Below, in pieces: positions 51,934-62,501 of a DNA stretch of 64,000 nt. The position numbers and the translations under genes were made by a program. The number at the start of each line of letters is the position of its first letter. The first letter of the stretch is position 1. The stretch comes from Barthelona sp. PCE (taxonomy: Eukaryota), in contig JAUFOR010000002.1 in assembly GCA_040285745.1 (NCBI GenBank), positions 1,674,001-1,738,000 on the forward strand, written 5' to 3'. The notes below the pieces were generated by a model. That model was not told the DNA's origin. It saw only the letters and a program-made list of their open reading frames with translations, and did no database searches.

Positions 51934-54900
51934 TTATTTGAAACGGTCCTTTAGATTAAGCTTCAGATTGATACCAGTGGAAGCAAGTTCATTAACAAGA
52001 TAATAAAACACATAAGGAAGTTTAAGAGAAACCATTGTCTGTTCTTCACAAACTCTGCAGAATGTCTTCTCGTCTTTCAGAGACAGTGTCAGCATAGAAC
52101 CACATTTGGAACAGCACTTGATTTCACTTGCGTCTGATACGTTCATCAGACGTTCTCTTACAATATAAGCACCTCCGTGAGCAATCAGAGCATCACGCTC
52201 CATCTCACCGCAACGGATACCACCACCCATCTTTCTTCCCTTAACGGGTTGACGTGTGACTGGATTGATGCGACCGGTTGCACGCACCTGATACTTATCT
52301 CTAATCATATGACGTAGTCTTTGATAATAACAAGGAGCCATGTAGATCCTAGTCTCCATTTCTTCACCAAATATACCAGACATAAGACTTTCAGTTCCAT
52401 AATAACTGTAACCACATTCGCTAAGCATCTCACCGAAGTATTCGTATGCGGGAGTATCTTCATCATAAGTGAATGGTGTGGCATCGTTAATAACACCGTT
52501 GATAGCACCGCCTTTAGCGGCAAGCATCTCAATAAGCATACCGATAGTCATACGTGAAGGGAACGCATGTGGGTTGATGATGAGATCAGGTACAATACCG
52601 TTTGCAGCGTAAGGCATATCTGTAGAAGGCCAGAAGACTGAACAAACACCTTTCTGTCCATGACGGGAAGAGAACTTATCACCAATAATAGGCGAACGAT
52701 CAAGACGTAGTTTGATACGTACGTGACGTTCACTGACCCATGTGACTTGTTCAACACGACCAGGCTCAAGCTTCTTGTACTTGTGAACTCGGGCTTTGTT
52801 TGTCGTCACATCTTGTGACACACAAATGCAGTCTCCCTTCTCAAGCATAACACCGATAGCAGGCATACCATCAGCATCGATACCACGCTTGATGAGCTTA
52901 CCACCAAGTGATAGGTTGTTGAAATACTCATCGTCTCTTAGCTCGACATCGAGTGTAGTGTACACCCAACCGTTGAACAGACCGCGTTCGAATGAGGACT
53001 TGTTGATAATGCAAGCATCCTCCATTGAGTAACCTGTGTAAGCAAGTACTGCAACAACAACGTTGCAACCAAGTGGGTAGTCTTCAAGGAAATTGTATTC
53101 CTTTGTACGAACAAGGGGATGCTGCATGTTGTTGAGAACATACATCTTTGAGTCATACCTGGACTGCATGTCGTAAGCAGGAAGACCCATCGATTGCTTT
53201 CCCATCTGGCACTGATACATGTTACGAGGTGACTGGTTATGATCCGAGAATGGGGTCAGTTGGGCAACTTCATTGATAATATCCAGAACATCAGCTTCAA
53301 CATGAGTGGTGTAAGGTTCAATACTCTTCTCATCAAGTGCAATGTTCATCCAAACCTGTTCCTTTGATCCAATAAACTCAGTCTTCTTGGATTTGAGGTT
53401 GATGACAGGACGCATGAAACGCGCAGGGGTAGAGAAAATAAGCATCTCTGTGGGAGTAACTGCAATCTCGAGTGTATCGGGTAAGCCTGATTTGAGGTTC
53501 TTCAAAAGACGCAGCCTGCTGCTGTAATAAGCAGCTTCATCCTTTGCAATGTAACCAACTACACCACCATCTAGAAGGACTGCAATGTGTGTGTTACCAC
53601 TGGGTACACTGGCGAGACCGCTGAGACCAAAAGAATGAAGAATAGAAATGATTCTCTGACGGTCAAATCGACCCTGTGTGATGAAGCACTCACGAGACAT
53701 ATGATTTAACAAACCACATAAACCACCATCAGGTGTATGTACTGGACATAAATAACCCCATGACTCAGGAAGCAGCTTACGAGAAGCTGTTGTCTTCATT
53801 TCCGTAAAGAATGCACCTCTATGCACAGAACGGAAATGAGAGGCGTATCTCAAAAAGTTCAAACGCTCAGCAATGATTGTGAAACCGCTTTGTTGAGGTA
53901 AATCAAGACCAGATTGTGACTTTGTGTTACCAGTACTCAAGAAGTAAGTGATTCGGGCTCCAATGTCTGCAGGTGCACCCCTGATAATCCTGGGCCAATC
54001 AAATTCACCCTTGCGAGCAAATGAACTTTCACCTAATTGCTTAATACGGGTCACAAACATGCTCAGTTGTTCCTTGACGAGTTGCATGATGACATGCCCA
54101 GGGAGCATCAGTTCGTGATTCGATAGAGCGTCGATGCGGCTGGGCTGAATTCGGTTCTGTGAAAAAAGATAAACCTGCCTGACCAGATGACACAGCAGGT
54201 TGAACTTCTCGGTGTAGTCCTTCAAATGAATAAATACATACTTGTTGATGATGTAACGGCCAGCTTCTTGTAAAGATGTGCTCTTGGAAATTGGTAACAA
54301 GTGGAAAAATTTGCTACCCAGCCACTCAAGGGCTTGCTCACTTGTGAAGATCTTGAGCGAGTGTGCTTGTGATAGTAGAAGCTCTAGAGATTCAGCGATG
54401 AATGTATCATCATCTTTGCGCAACACCTTTTCAAAAATTTCAAAATCTGAGGTGCTTTTGAGTGCACGAAGTACAACAGCAATAGGAAGGAAGTACTCAA
54501 TGCGATCTACTGCAATACGCAGCGAACAGTTACCTGTTTTGAGCAGGTGGATGACGTTTGTTGAAGAAGTTTCATCACTAGCATCAATACAACGCATGAG
54601 AATACCACGGTTGGTATACTCATTGCCTCTCTTAGTGAACGCGTTACGGACAATGGGCATTGGGTTGTTTCTCCTGTTTGTAATGATTAAACGAACTAAA
54701 CGTTCGAGACCTTTGACAACAAAGATACCTCCAAAGTCATTCTCTTCTTCACCAATATCTACCAACTGTTCAGGGGTCATGTCACGTAAATGGCAGTAGT
54801 TAGACTTGACCATAATGGGTAGCATACCCGCTGACACGGTTTGTGGAATGTGTGTACCCGAGCTTTCTTGAATAGTAAGCTTGATTGAGATAGGGGCAGC

Positions 54901-55164
54901 GTATGTCGTTTTTCGCTCCCTACACTCACGTGGATAAATCTTATGGGCTTCTCCATCAATCTGTTTTTGTGGTTCTCCTAGATGGATCTCATCAACCCAT
55001 ACTTCAGCAGTGGGGCCGTCCTTAGGCTCGATGTACGCATGATCCAAGTTGTTAACGACTTGCCTCAAACCTGTTTGAAGGAAGTAGTTGAAAGAATCGA
55101 GGTGTGGTTTAACTAGGAAACTTTTGTCCATTGCAGGCCCTGGTTCACGTCCCGTATATTCCAT
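51934..55164 (-). CDS. RPA2: RNA polymerase I second-largest subunit
   Basis: RSVHRGAFF, RKLLPESWG..CPVHTPDG, SDHNQSPRNMYQCQMGKQ, GDKFSSRHGQKG and HAFPSRMTIG motifs. Confidence 0.96.
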   Translation of the reverse strand: MEYTGREPGPAMDKSFLVKPHLDSFNYFLQTGLRQVVNNLDHAYIEPKDGPTAEVWVDEIHLGEPQKQIDGEAHKIYPRECRERKTTYAAPISIKLTIQESSGTHIPQTVSAGMLPIMVKSNYCHLRDMTPEQLVDIGEEENDFGGIFVVKGLERLVRLIITNRRNNPMPIVRNAFTKRGNEYTNRGILMRCIDASDETSSTNVIHLLKTGNCSLRIAVDRIEYFLPIAVVLRALKSTSDFEIFEKVLRKDDDTFIAESLELLLSQAHSLKIFTSEQALEWLGSKFFHLLPISKSTSLQEAGRYIINKYVFIHLKDYTEKFNLLCHLVRQVYLFSQNRIQPSRIDALSNHELMLPGHVIMQLVKEQLSMFVTRIKQLGESSFARKGEFDWPRIIRGAPADIGARITYFLSTGNTKSQSGLDLPQQSGFTIIAERLNFLRYASHFRSVHRGAFFTEMKTTASRKLLPESWGYLCPVHTPDGGLCGLLNHMSRECFITQGRFDRQRIISILHSFGLSGLASVPSGNTHIAVLLDGGVVGYIAKDEAAYYSSRLRLLKNLKSGLPDTLEIAVTPTEMLIFSTPARFMRPVINLKSKKTEFIGSKEQVWMNIALDEKSIEPYTTHVEADVLDIINEVAQLTPFSDHNQSPRNMYQCQMGKQSMGLPAYDMQSRYDSKMYVLNNMQHPLVRTKEYNFLEDYPLGCNVVVAVLAYTGYSMEDACIINKSSFERGLFNGWVYTTLDVELRDDEYFNNLSLGGKLIKRGIDADGMPAIGVMLEKGDCICVSQDVTTNKARVHKYKKLEPGRVEQVTWVSERHVRIKLRLDRSPIIGDKFSSRHGQKGVCSVFWPSTDMPYAANGIVPDLIINPHAFPSRMTIGMLIEMLAAKGGAINGVINDATPFTYDEDTPAYEYFGEMLSECGYSYYGTESLMSGIFGEEMETRIYMAPCYYQRLRHMIRDKYQVRATGRINPVTRQPVKGRKMGGGIRCGEMERDALIAHGGAYIVRERLMNVSDASEIKCCSKCGSMLTLSLKDEKTFCRVCEEQTMVSLKLPYVFYYLVNELASTGINLKLNLKDRFK

Positions 55165-55260
55165 GGGATTTGACAAAAAGTATCAAAAGAAACAAAGAGG
55201 AGCGAAACGGAAAAGCTAAAAAAATTTGGTTGTTATCTCGTTTTGTTCACTTTTCATACG

Positions 55261-56844
55261 ATGTTTAGCATTAAGAGATACCGCCCTTCACAGATAGCAA
55301 CAGAAAATGATTCTACAGGTGGATTCAAGCAGCAAGCCACTGAATCTTCTTCTAAACACACAGACAGTGGTCAGACGTTTAACAAACAACAGAAACAGCG
55401 GGCAAAGAAGCGTAAGAATAGTGATAAAACACTATCTTTCAAGGTTCCAGAATTTATTTCTCCTATTGATCTTTCCAATGTTACAGATACTTCTTTGCAC
55501 GAGTTTAATTTTCCTGATTTTGTCACAAAGGGCCTTGAATCACTTCGCATATCTTCTCTATATCCGTTTCAAACATTTTTAACGCGAGAACTATCTAATT
55601 TTGATTCAAAATATTGGGACATGTGTGTTGCAGCACCTACCGGTTCCGGTAAGACGCTGTCTTTTTGCATTCCAATTGTCCTTGATCTTTTAGATCGTAT
55701 AGGTGAGAATCCTATTGGAGAATCAAAGCTGCATTCACTCATTGTGGTACCATCACATGAGCTTGTTTCCCAAATCACAATGGTTCTGCGATTAATACTA
55801 CCTGAAACACATATAGTTGCTACACTTCTTGGTAGCGCTAGTCGTAAGGTAGAACGTGCACTTTTGAATCATGCATCCATAGTTGTGTCATCCCCAGGCC
55901 GTCTTGTGAGCCATCTTGAAGATGGAATTGATCTTTCAAATATCAGATACATTGTCTTGGATGAGTGCGATAATTTGCTCAGAAACCATTATTCTGGTTT
56001 TGTTGTGAAGTTGGCAAGGTTGTTACCAGACGAAGGGAGCACTTTGCTGCTTTCTAGTAAGCCACAATACAGATTTATTTTCAGTAGTGCATCGTTCACA
56101 CATAAAGAGCTTTCGAACCTCCCATTTACGCTTAATGATCCCGCCATCATCGGTCTTACCGGTAGTGGTAACAAATTCGCCACTCCCACCACACTTAGTG
56201 AATATAAGCTTCACTGCGAAATGGAAGACAGGGGTGAGACGCTTGTTCGCCTCCTTAATAAGTTTATATCAGATAAGGGAGCAATCATTGTATTCGTTTC
56301 TGATAAGGATATTGCACAGGATGTCAACGATTACTTGGTCGAACACAACATTAAGTCACATTTCATTGGCGGTCAACTTACGTCGAATGAGAGACTTGCT
56401 TTGACAGCTGCCTTTGGTGTGAGCTTCCCAGTGCTTGTGTCGACAGATATTGCTGCACGTGGTATAGATCTCCGTGTGTCACACGTTGTTAATTACAGTC
56501 TTCCTAACACAAAACAGTACCTTCATCGTGCTGGTCGTACGGCTCGTGCTGGTCGTAAGGGTATGGTTGTAACGCTGATTTCTAGCCTTGCAGAGAAGAA
56601 GAGTTTCAAGTCTATGATTCATAACCTCGACAACAGATATGTTCGCACATTCTTCTTTAGAAAGCGTGATTCATTCTTATCATCTTCTTCAGATTCAGAC
56701 AACGAGGAAATGGAAGAGATGTTGAGTGACGAAGAGAAGATCAAGCGTTTACCAGCACTCAAGGCAGAAGATACATTGCCTGAAATTGTGCCTGAAGTCG
56801 AGGAAGAGGAAGAGGACAGTGATGTGTCTGATCTAAGCAACTAA
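55261..56844 (+). CDS. DEAD-box RNA helicase, Dbp6/DDX51-like
   Basis: DMCVAAPTGSGKT, SPGRLVSHL, DECD, ARGID and YLHRAGRTARAG motifs. Confidence 0.8.
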   Translation: MFSIKRYRPSQIATENDSTGGFKQQATESSSKHTDSGQTFNKQQKQRAKKRKNSDKTLSFKVPEFISPIDLSNVTDTSLHEFNFPDFVTKGLESLRISSLYPFQTFLTRELSNFDSKYWDMCVAAPTGSGKTLSFCIPIVLDLLDRIGENPIGESKLHSLIVVPSHELVSQITMVLRLILPETHIVATLLGSASRKVERALLNHASIVVSSPGRLVSHLEDGIDLSNIRYIVLDECDNLLRNHYSGFVVKLARLLPDEGSTLLLSSKPQYRFIFSSASFTHKELSNLPFTLNDPAIIGLTGSGNKFATPTTLSEYKLHCEMEDRGETLVRLLNKFISDKGAIIVFVSDKDIAQDVNDYLVEHNIKSHFIGGQLTSNERLALTAAFGVSFPVLVSTDIAARGIDLRVSHVVNYSLPNTKQYLHRAGRTARAGRKGMVVTLISSLAEKKSFKSMIHNLDNRYVRTFFFRKRDSFLSSSSDSDNEEMEEMLSDEEKIKRLPALKAEDTLPEIVPEVEEEEEDSDVSDLSN

Positions 56845-56853
56845 CTAATGTGA

Positions 56854-57663
56854 TTATTTATTGTTTAGTTCAACAAGTGCATCAATTATTCTCTTTTCAG
56901 TATTGTTTCCAATACCCTCAATCAAGACAGACAACGCACAGTGACAATTCTCATAGGTTATGGGTGCCTCACAACGGTTCAAGTACATGATAGCACTATT
57001 CAACTGACTTAATAAATTGATAACGGCCTGATTTATAATGCTTTTTTCTTCATTTTCAACTGGTCTCAGCCAAATATAACCGTTCTTAGCAACCTTGACA
57101 TCGATGACAGGGTTGTCATAAGGGAATTTAAAACTTGAACTTACAGCCTGCACTAACCTGGATCTAACCCGTTGTACTAAACCAGGTGTTAACTTGTATT
57201 CTGATGTTGTATTCAATTGGATTGATCTCATCTCATCTGTTGGTGTCTTATTTATGAACGCAATGACCCAATCACCTTCTTCCAAATAGGTACGCATAGA
57301 AAGACTATCTGTGTCATTAAACATTCGACCTGCAGTTTCTAAGATCTGTGTAACATTGAGATATGCAGGGAGGTGTGCGCCAATATCAATCTTCCATCGA
57401 TCATCTGACACTTCAATGACTTTACCGATTACTGTATCACCAGACTGTGGTGAATACCTCTTTTGATAGGGATTCACGAACGTATGCTGCTCAAGATTCG
57501 TTACAGGACCGCAGAAACAAGCAGTGGGCATAGCGTTACCACGAAAACTGAATAAACCACTGCCAAATTGATTTTTGAGGTTTGCAGGTGTCCTTCCCGG
57601 GGTTATGATGTTTTTATCGACTGGATGCTGGTGCTCGTTTGTCTCTTCGAAGAAGGAGAACAT
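56854..57663 (-). CDS. RRP4: Exosome cap subunit Rrp4
   Basis: IITPG, RYSPQSGDTVIG, WKIDI, MRTYLEEGD and NGYIW motifs. ATG at 57663. Confidence 0.85.
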   Translation of the reverse strand: MFSFFEETNEHQHPVDKNIITPGRTPANLKNQFGSGLFSFRGNAMPTACFCGPVTNLEQHTFVNPYQKRYSPQSGDTVIGKVIEVSDDRWKIDIGAHLPAYLNVTQILETAGRMFNDTDSLSMRTYLEEGDWVIAFINKTPTDEMRSIQLNTTSEYKLTPGLVQRVRSRLVQAVSSSFKFPYDNPVIDVKVAKNGYIWLRPVENEEKSIINQAVINLLSQLNSAIMYLNRCEAPITYENCHCALSVLIEGIGNNTEKRIIDALVELNNK

Positions 57664-57830
57664 GTGAAAAAAAAAGAAAAGGTTGTTAAAGAGAAAACAA
57701 TATTTACTGGGTTGAATTATTTGGTAAACAATTAGGATGAGTTCAAAAAAAAAACAAACAGAACAATGATATCTACTTTGGGCCTGATAAGTTTTTTTCA
57801 TTCTCTTTCACTATTCATTTACTTCAATAG

Positions 57831-58700
57831 ATGGGGAAACAAAGAAACTCCAAGCTCAGCGATCTATTCTTGAACAGTAGGCTGTTTGCACAACGATTTT
57901 TGGACTCTTCGGATTTTGGACTAATTGAGCCACTTTTGCGGGTAGTTTACATTTGGATCAAGGAGCTACAACGATATGTCGGGGAAGATCTCCTTGATTA
58001 TTGTCACGGATTCAACCATATAGGTGAAGTTGGATTGTTGGCATCGATTCTGTCAGTTCAGTTTGAAGAACATGTCAACATACACTCAGCCATAATTGCT
58101 GGTTTTCTCCACGATGTTGGTAAGACTTATAGTGTGTCACATCACGAACACGCAGAATGGGGAGCAACTTTTGTTCTTGAGAATCAAGAATCATTGGAAG
58201 AATTTGTTAAAGATGTATTACTCCCCTTAAAAGAGGAATTTCCTATTTTTGCCTCTGCTGCGCACATAGATTATAACGATATACATGACGCTATATATCA
58301 TCATGTACACACACATTTACCTAAAAATGCATCAAACTTAACTTTTATTGTTGCTGATGCAGATCGTTTAACGTGGCCCCGAGTTAGAAGATGGGGATGC
58401 CCGATTATTGTTGATTATTTGTACACAGATATGGGAAAACACTTTGCAGGAATAAGAAATAGAGGCAAGTGGGGTTATCCCTTTAGAAACAGAAATTTCC
58501 TAGATCGGCTGCATATGGGCAGTTGTATTGAATGGTCAGACGAAGCAGTTCGTGAGATTATGACCGTGGCTGATCCTGATTGGGGAAAAATTGAGTGGAT
58601 CAACAATAGAAGGAGGAATGACAGGGTTAATGTATTGAAAACAAAAAGAGTTCCTCATATTCAACGCAAACGTAGAAACAGGCACCATAAAACTACATAA
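57831..58700 (+). CDS. HD-domain phosphohydrolase
   Basis: HG..H, LHDVGK, HAEWGA, AIYHH and ADADRL motifs. Confidence 0.85.
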   Translation: MGKQRNSKLSDLFLNSRLFAQRFLDSSDFGLIEPLLRVVYIWIKELQRYVGEDLLDYCHGFNHIGEVGLLASILSVQFEEHVNIHSAIIAGFLHDVGKTYSVSHHEHAEWGATFVLENQESLEEFVKDVLLPLKEEFPIFASAAHIDYNDIHDAIYHHVHTHLPKNASNLTFIVADADRLTWPRVRRWGCPIIVDYLYTDMGKHFAGIRNRGKWGYPFRNRNFLDRLHMGSCIEWSDEAVREIMTVADPDWGKIEWINNRRRNDRVNVLKTKRVPHIQRKRRNRHHKTT

Positions 58701-58773
58701 TAAAACTTTACTATTTATAAATATGACCATAAGAATATTAACAGGGCCATTCACAATTGTCAAACAAATTAGA

Positions 58774-59778
58774 TTAGAAGGTAATGTCACCATGTCCAAT
58801 GTTGGCCTTGAGGTTGTTGGAACTATTCTCATCAACGTAGTAGCCTTCATATGATTTATCGTTGTCTTCAGTAATGATAACAGCATCGGGATAAGTGAAG
58901 GAACCTCGACCATAGTTGACCTTGAACTTGAAACTGTCCATACCATCAATATTATTCAAGTTGAAGTTACCATCTCCAATGTTAACTTTCATATCAGGAG
59001 AGCTGAATTTCCCAATGTCAACATCACCCATACCAATGTTAACGCGAACATCACCAGTGCAAATGATCTCACTGATTTCAATAGATCCATAGCCAGTTCC
59101 GACGTTAACAGCATGGTTGGAGTTAAGGGTAGCAGTCTTTAAAGGAATATCACCAAGAGCAATATCAATTGGACCAGTAGTAGGGACGGAGAAGATATCA
59201 CCAATCACAACACCTTCTTCGCTGAGAGGGTTAATGCCCATGCCAACGAATAACTTTCTAATGACAACAGAGCTGGGAATCTCAATGGTGAGGTTGGCAA
59301 GAGCACAAGATTTTGTGTTAAAGAAGGATACATGATCGTGTGCAATGTTAAGAATACCGTTTTCAAGCTTGATATCAATTAGGGATTCAAGAGTGTATTT
59401 ATCAACACCACGGACAGCAACATAAGGATTAGCGGTTCTCACAATGTTGATTGAGCCACCAATAAGAGCGATTTCAAGATCAAGATCCATGGTTCCATTG
59501 AAGGGGAAAACACGGCTAATAGCGAGTTCTTGGTCAACACCACGGCAAATACGTTCTTTGCCTAATATACCTGCAAGACCAATAATACCAATTAATAGTG
59601 AAAGTGAAAGCAATGTGCAAATGAGGCACCAGAACCATCCACAGAAAGAGCAGCTGCAACAACAACAACAACCACTCTTCTTTTTGTGATGGTGGTGATG
59701 TGTTTCGATAACTGCAGGTTGTGAGACCAAAGGAGTTTGTTCAGGCTCTGGGTATCTACTAGGAGCGGTTGTATACAT
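58774..59778 (-). CDS. Single-pass membrane protein with a beta-solenoid (DUF4097-like) ectodomain
   Basis: His and Cys runs, one TM segment, then repeated G.G.I.I motifs. Confidence 0.7.
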   Translation of the reverse strand: MYTTAPSRYPEPEQTPLVSQPAVIETHHHHHKKKSGCCCCCSCSFCGWFWCLICTLLSLSLLIGIIGLAGILGKERICRGVDQELAISRVFPFNGTMDLDLEIALIGGSINIVRTANPYVAVRGVDKYTLESLIDIKLENGILNIAHDHVSFFNTKSCALANLTIEIPSSVVIRKLFVGMGINPLSEEGVVIGDIFSVPTTGPIDIALGDIPLKTATLNSNHAVNVGTGYGSIEISEIICTGDVRVNIGMGDVDIGKFSSPDMKVNIGDGNFNLNNIDGMDSFKFKVNYGRGSFTYPDAVIITEDNDKSYEGYYVDENSSNNLKANIGHGDITF

Positions 59779-60228
59779 AAAAATGTTCTTTTAGACTGAG
59801 AATAAAGATGTAAAAACTAAAATTGAGGTTAGAAAACCAAATATAGTGTTTATGAGTTCATTTAAGTTCTAAGAGTCATAAAATGAGCTGTTCTGCATCA
59901 TAACAGCTTTTTTTGAGAATAAGAAGTCTGAGACAGACTAATTCAAGATTTTCATTGAAATCCCAATTTCTTTTCAATGTTTTAATTGACACATTTTTTT
60001 ATGAACCCCGAAGATTGCAGATCAATTACGTGTGTTAAATCGTATTGTTGCTCATAATAGAAATATTATTTTTTCAAAAAATGAGCAGGTTTTGTTAAAT
60101 GGGGGATAATATTAATTGCACTTTCATCATAAGCTCAAAATGACGAATTTAAAAGTATTTACTAACGTTGCAGGATCAGAATCTTTGTTTAATCCTTGTT
60201 TTTGCTTTTTTTGTCCTTTCCTCTTTAA

Positions 60229-61658
60229 ATGCCAATTCCTGACAATTACAGGCCCATGGACGGTTCAATAGAAATAATCTCAAGTATGAAACATTGATAT
60301 ACAAGCGCACAACAAAAAATTTTCATTATCCCTTTTACTTTGTTGGATATTTAATATTTGAATCACGTTATGTGTTAGTGTCCACGTATTTCTAACTTTT
60401 AGAAAGGTTATATTTCCTTCCATTGTCAGAGGATAAACGTTTGCAACCCAATGATAATACATGTCATTGTTTTACGATAGATCGTGACAGTAGCTATGCA
60501 TACGAAAACTTTGTTTCAGATTTTGGTCCACTTAATATTAGCCAGACCACAAGATTTTGCAGAAAGCTGAAAAGCATGCTTGAGGCACCAAAATACCAAG
60601 GTAAGGTGTTATATTTCGTTACAGGTCTAAACCAATATAAAAGAAGTAATGCGGCATGCTTAATTTGTTGTTTTATGCTTCTAGAGCTCAAAAAGAGTGT
60701 CCGTGATATATGTCAAATTAGACATCAAATCTCACCCCATCCGCTCCCGTTTAGAGATGCTTCATCGGGTGTTTCGACATTCCCGTTGTATATTGATGAT
60801 GTTGTCGCAGGTTTGTACCGCGCTATCGTTCAGGGAATATTTGATTACGATGATTTCAGTGAATTACACTATGACTTTTACTCACAAGTCGAACATGGTG
60901 ATATGAGTTGGATTGTACCCAAGAAGTTACTAGCGTTCGCAGGACCTTGTGATCCAGGTCAAGGACCCGCAGCTTTGGGATATTTCCATTGTACACCTCA
61001 AGACTATGTACCATACTTTAAGAAGCACGAAATAACAGATGTTATTCGCTTGAATCGCATTCACTACAACAAACATGCATTTATCAATGAGAACATTGAG
61101 CATCATGAGATGTTTTATGAGGATGGTGCCCTCCCAACACCAGATATCGTTAAGAGATTCTTTGAAATCGTTGATAACTCAGTCGGTGCAATCGGTGTTC
61201 ATTGCCGTGCTGGTCTAGGTAGGACAGGAAGTCTTATTTGCCTGTGGTTGATGCGAAACAAGGGGTTCAGTGCCCGTGAGAGTCTTGGCTACATTCGGTT
61301 GATGAGACCAGGTTCTGTGATTGGTCAGCAACAGCACTTCTTGATGGATAGGGAGCCTTACATGAGAAACAGCTCTAAGAACACACAAGATAATATGCAG
61401 AGTGGAAACGGTCATCGTTCCCATGCACCTCAGCGTCACCTGCCACAGAATATGAAACCAATTATTTCTTTAACTCCACCACGTACAAATAAGATGATTA
61501 ACATCACAGAACGTACAGAGGTGGGAATTTCTCCTATTCCTGTTGCCAAATTACTAAAACCTAAGAATATGTCACCTCCTCGACAAAATCCTAACAGAAT
61601 GTATTTTGATGAGAACGGTAATATAATTGAGAATGCAAATCGTTCTCACAACAGGTAA
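60229..61658 (+). CDS. CDC14: Cdc14 dual-specificity phosphatase; two exons (60229-60283, 60403-61658)
   Basis: Spliced IEIISKRLYF, plus DFGPLN, FRDAS, HCRAGLGRTG and RPGSVIG.QQ. Confidence 0.95.
60284..60402 (+). other. Spliceosomal intron, 119 nt, structured
   Basis: GTATGA...CTAACTTTTAG. Removal restores the Cdc14 N-terminus in frame. Confidence 0.9.
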
Positions 61659-61707
61659 CCCGTTGTTGACGTTTATTTCTTCATTATTAATAAAGTTTTT
61701 ATTTGTC

Positions 61708-62130
61708 TTAGATGATTGTAAACATGTTGCAGAATTTGTCATAGGATATGTTTGAATCACGATCAACTCCACCAATTGCAAATAGCTGATCTACCTGCTC
61801 TTCAGATAATGGGTTCTTGAGAGTAGTAAGCATCATATATAATTCTGAAGCACTAATCATGCCATCTTTATCTCTGTCAATTGCTCTGAACGCCATCATG
61901 ATGTCCTGAGGGAGCTTTTCAGCAGCATACGCGCTTAACTTATCCACAAGAGCCTTGAAATCATCAAAGTTTAATTCCAGGTTGGGGGTTGGGGGTGTGT
62001 GTTGTTTAACGTCTGTATACGTAACTGGGATACCAAGGCACCGCAGCGCCTCAGTTGCGTCCTTCAAATCAAGAAGATTGTCACGATTTGAATCGCAAAG
62101 AACAAAGGCGTCATGTATTTCGTCATCCAT
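61708..62130 (-). CDS. Calmodulin/myosin light chain-like EF-hand protein
   Basis: AF..CD.NRD, ALRCLG and AFRAIDRDKDGMIS..EL motifs. Confidence 0.88.
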   Translation of the reverse strand: MDDEIHDAFVLCDSNRDNLLDLKDATEALRCLGIPVTYTDVKQHTPPTPNLELNFDDFKALVDKLSAYAAEKLPQDIMMAFRAIDRDKDGMISASELYMMLTTLKNPLSEEQVDQLFAIGGVDRDSNISYDKFCNMFTII

Positions 62131-62501
62131 GGTTATGTGTGTGTTTGTTACAAGGTGGGTGCAGGAAGGGTGTGATATGAGCGCACTAGAATAAGGTGCG
62201 AAGAATAAGGTGGTCAAAAAAGAATACAACATTTAGGGGATGCAGTTTTCAATGAAAAGGTTGGTTACAAAGTTTTATGTTCTCATAAAAATGCAAACAA
62301 AAAAATTAAAATATGGTGGTGAGCTTAATTCAAAAGTTAGTTGATGAAGCATGATATTTGATAATTTGAATGTTTTTCAGACACTTTGATATTGTAAAAG
62401 ATCAATCGTGGATTTGAAAAAGATCTAACTTGGTTTGATTTTGTTTTACAGTTTTTAACTTTTATCTTTGTTTACAGTTTTTAACAAGTCACCTCAAAAT
62501 A

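Noticed and set aside
62440-62486. Short direct repeat TTTACAGTTTTTAAC x2
   Set aside because: A local slippage duplication in AT-rich DNA with no further structure.
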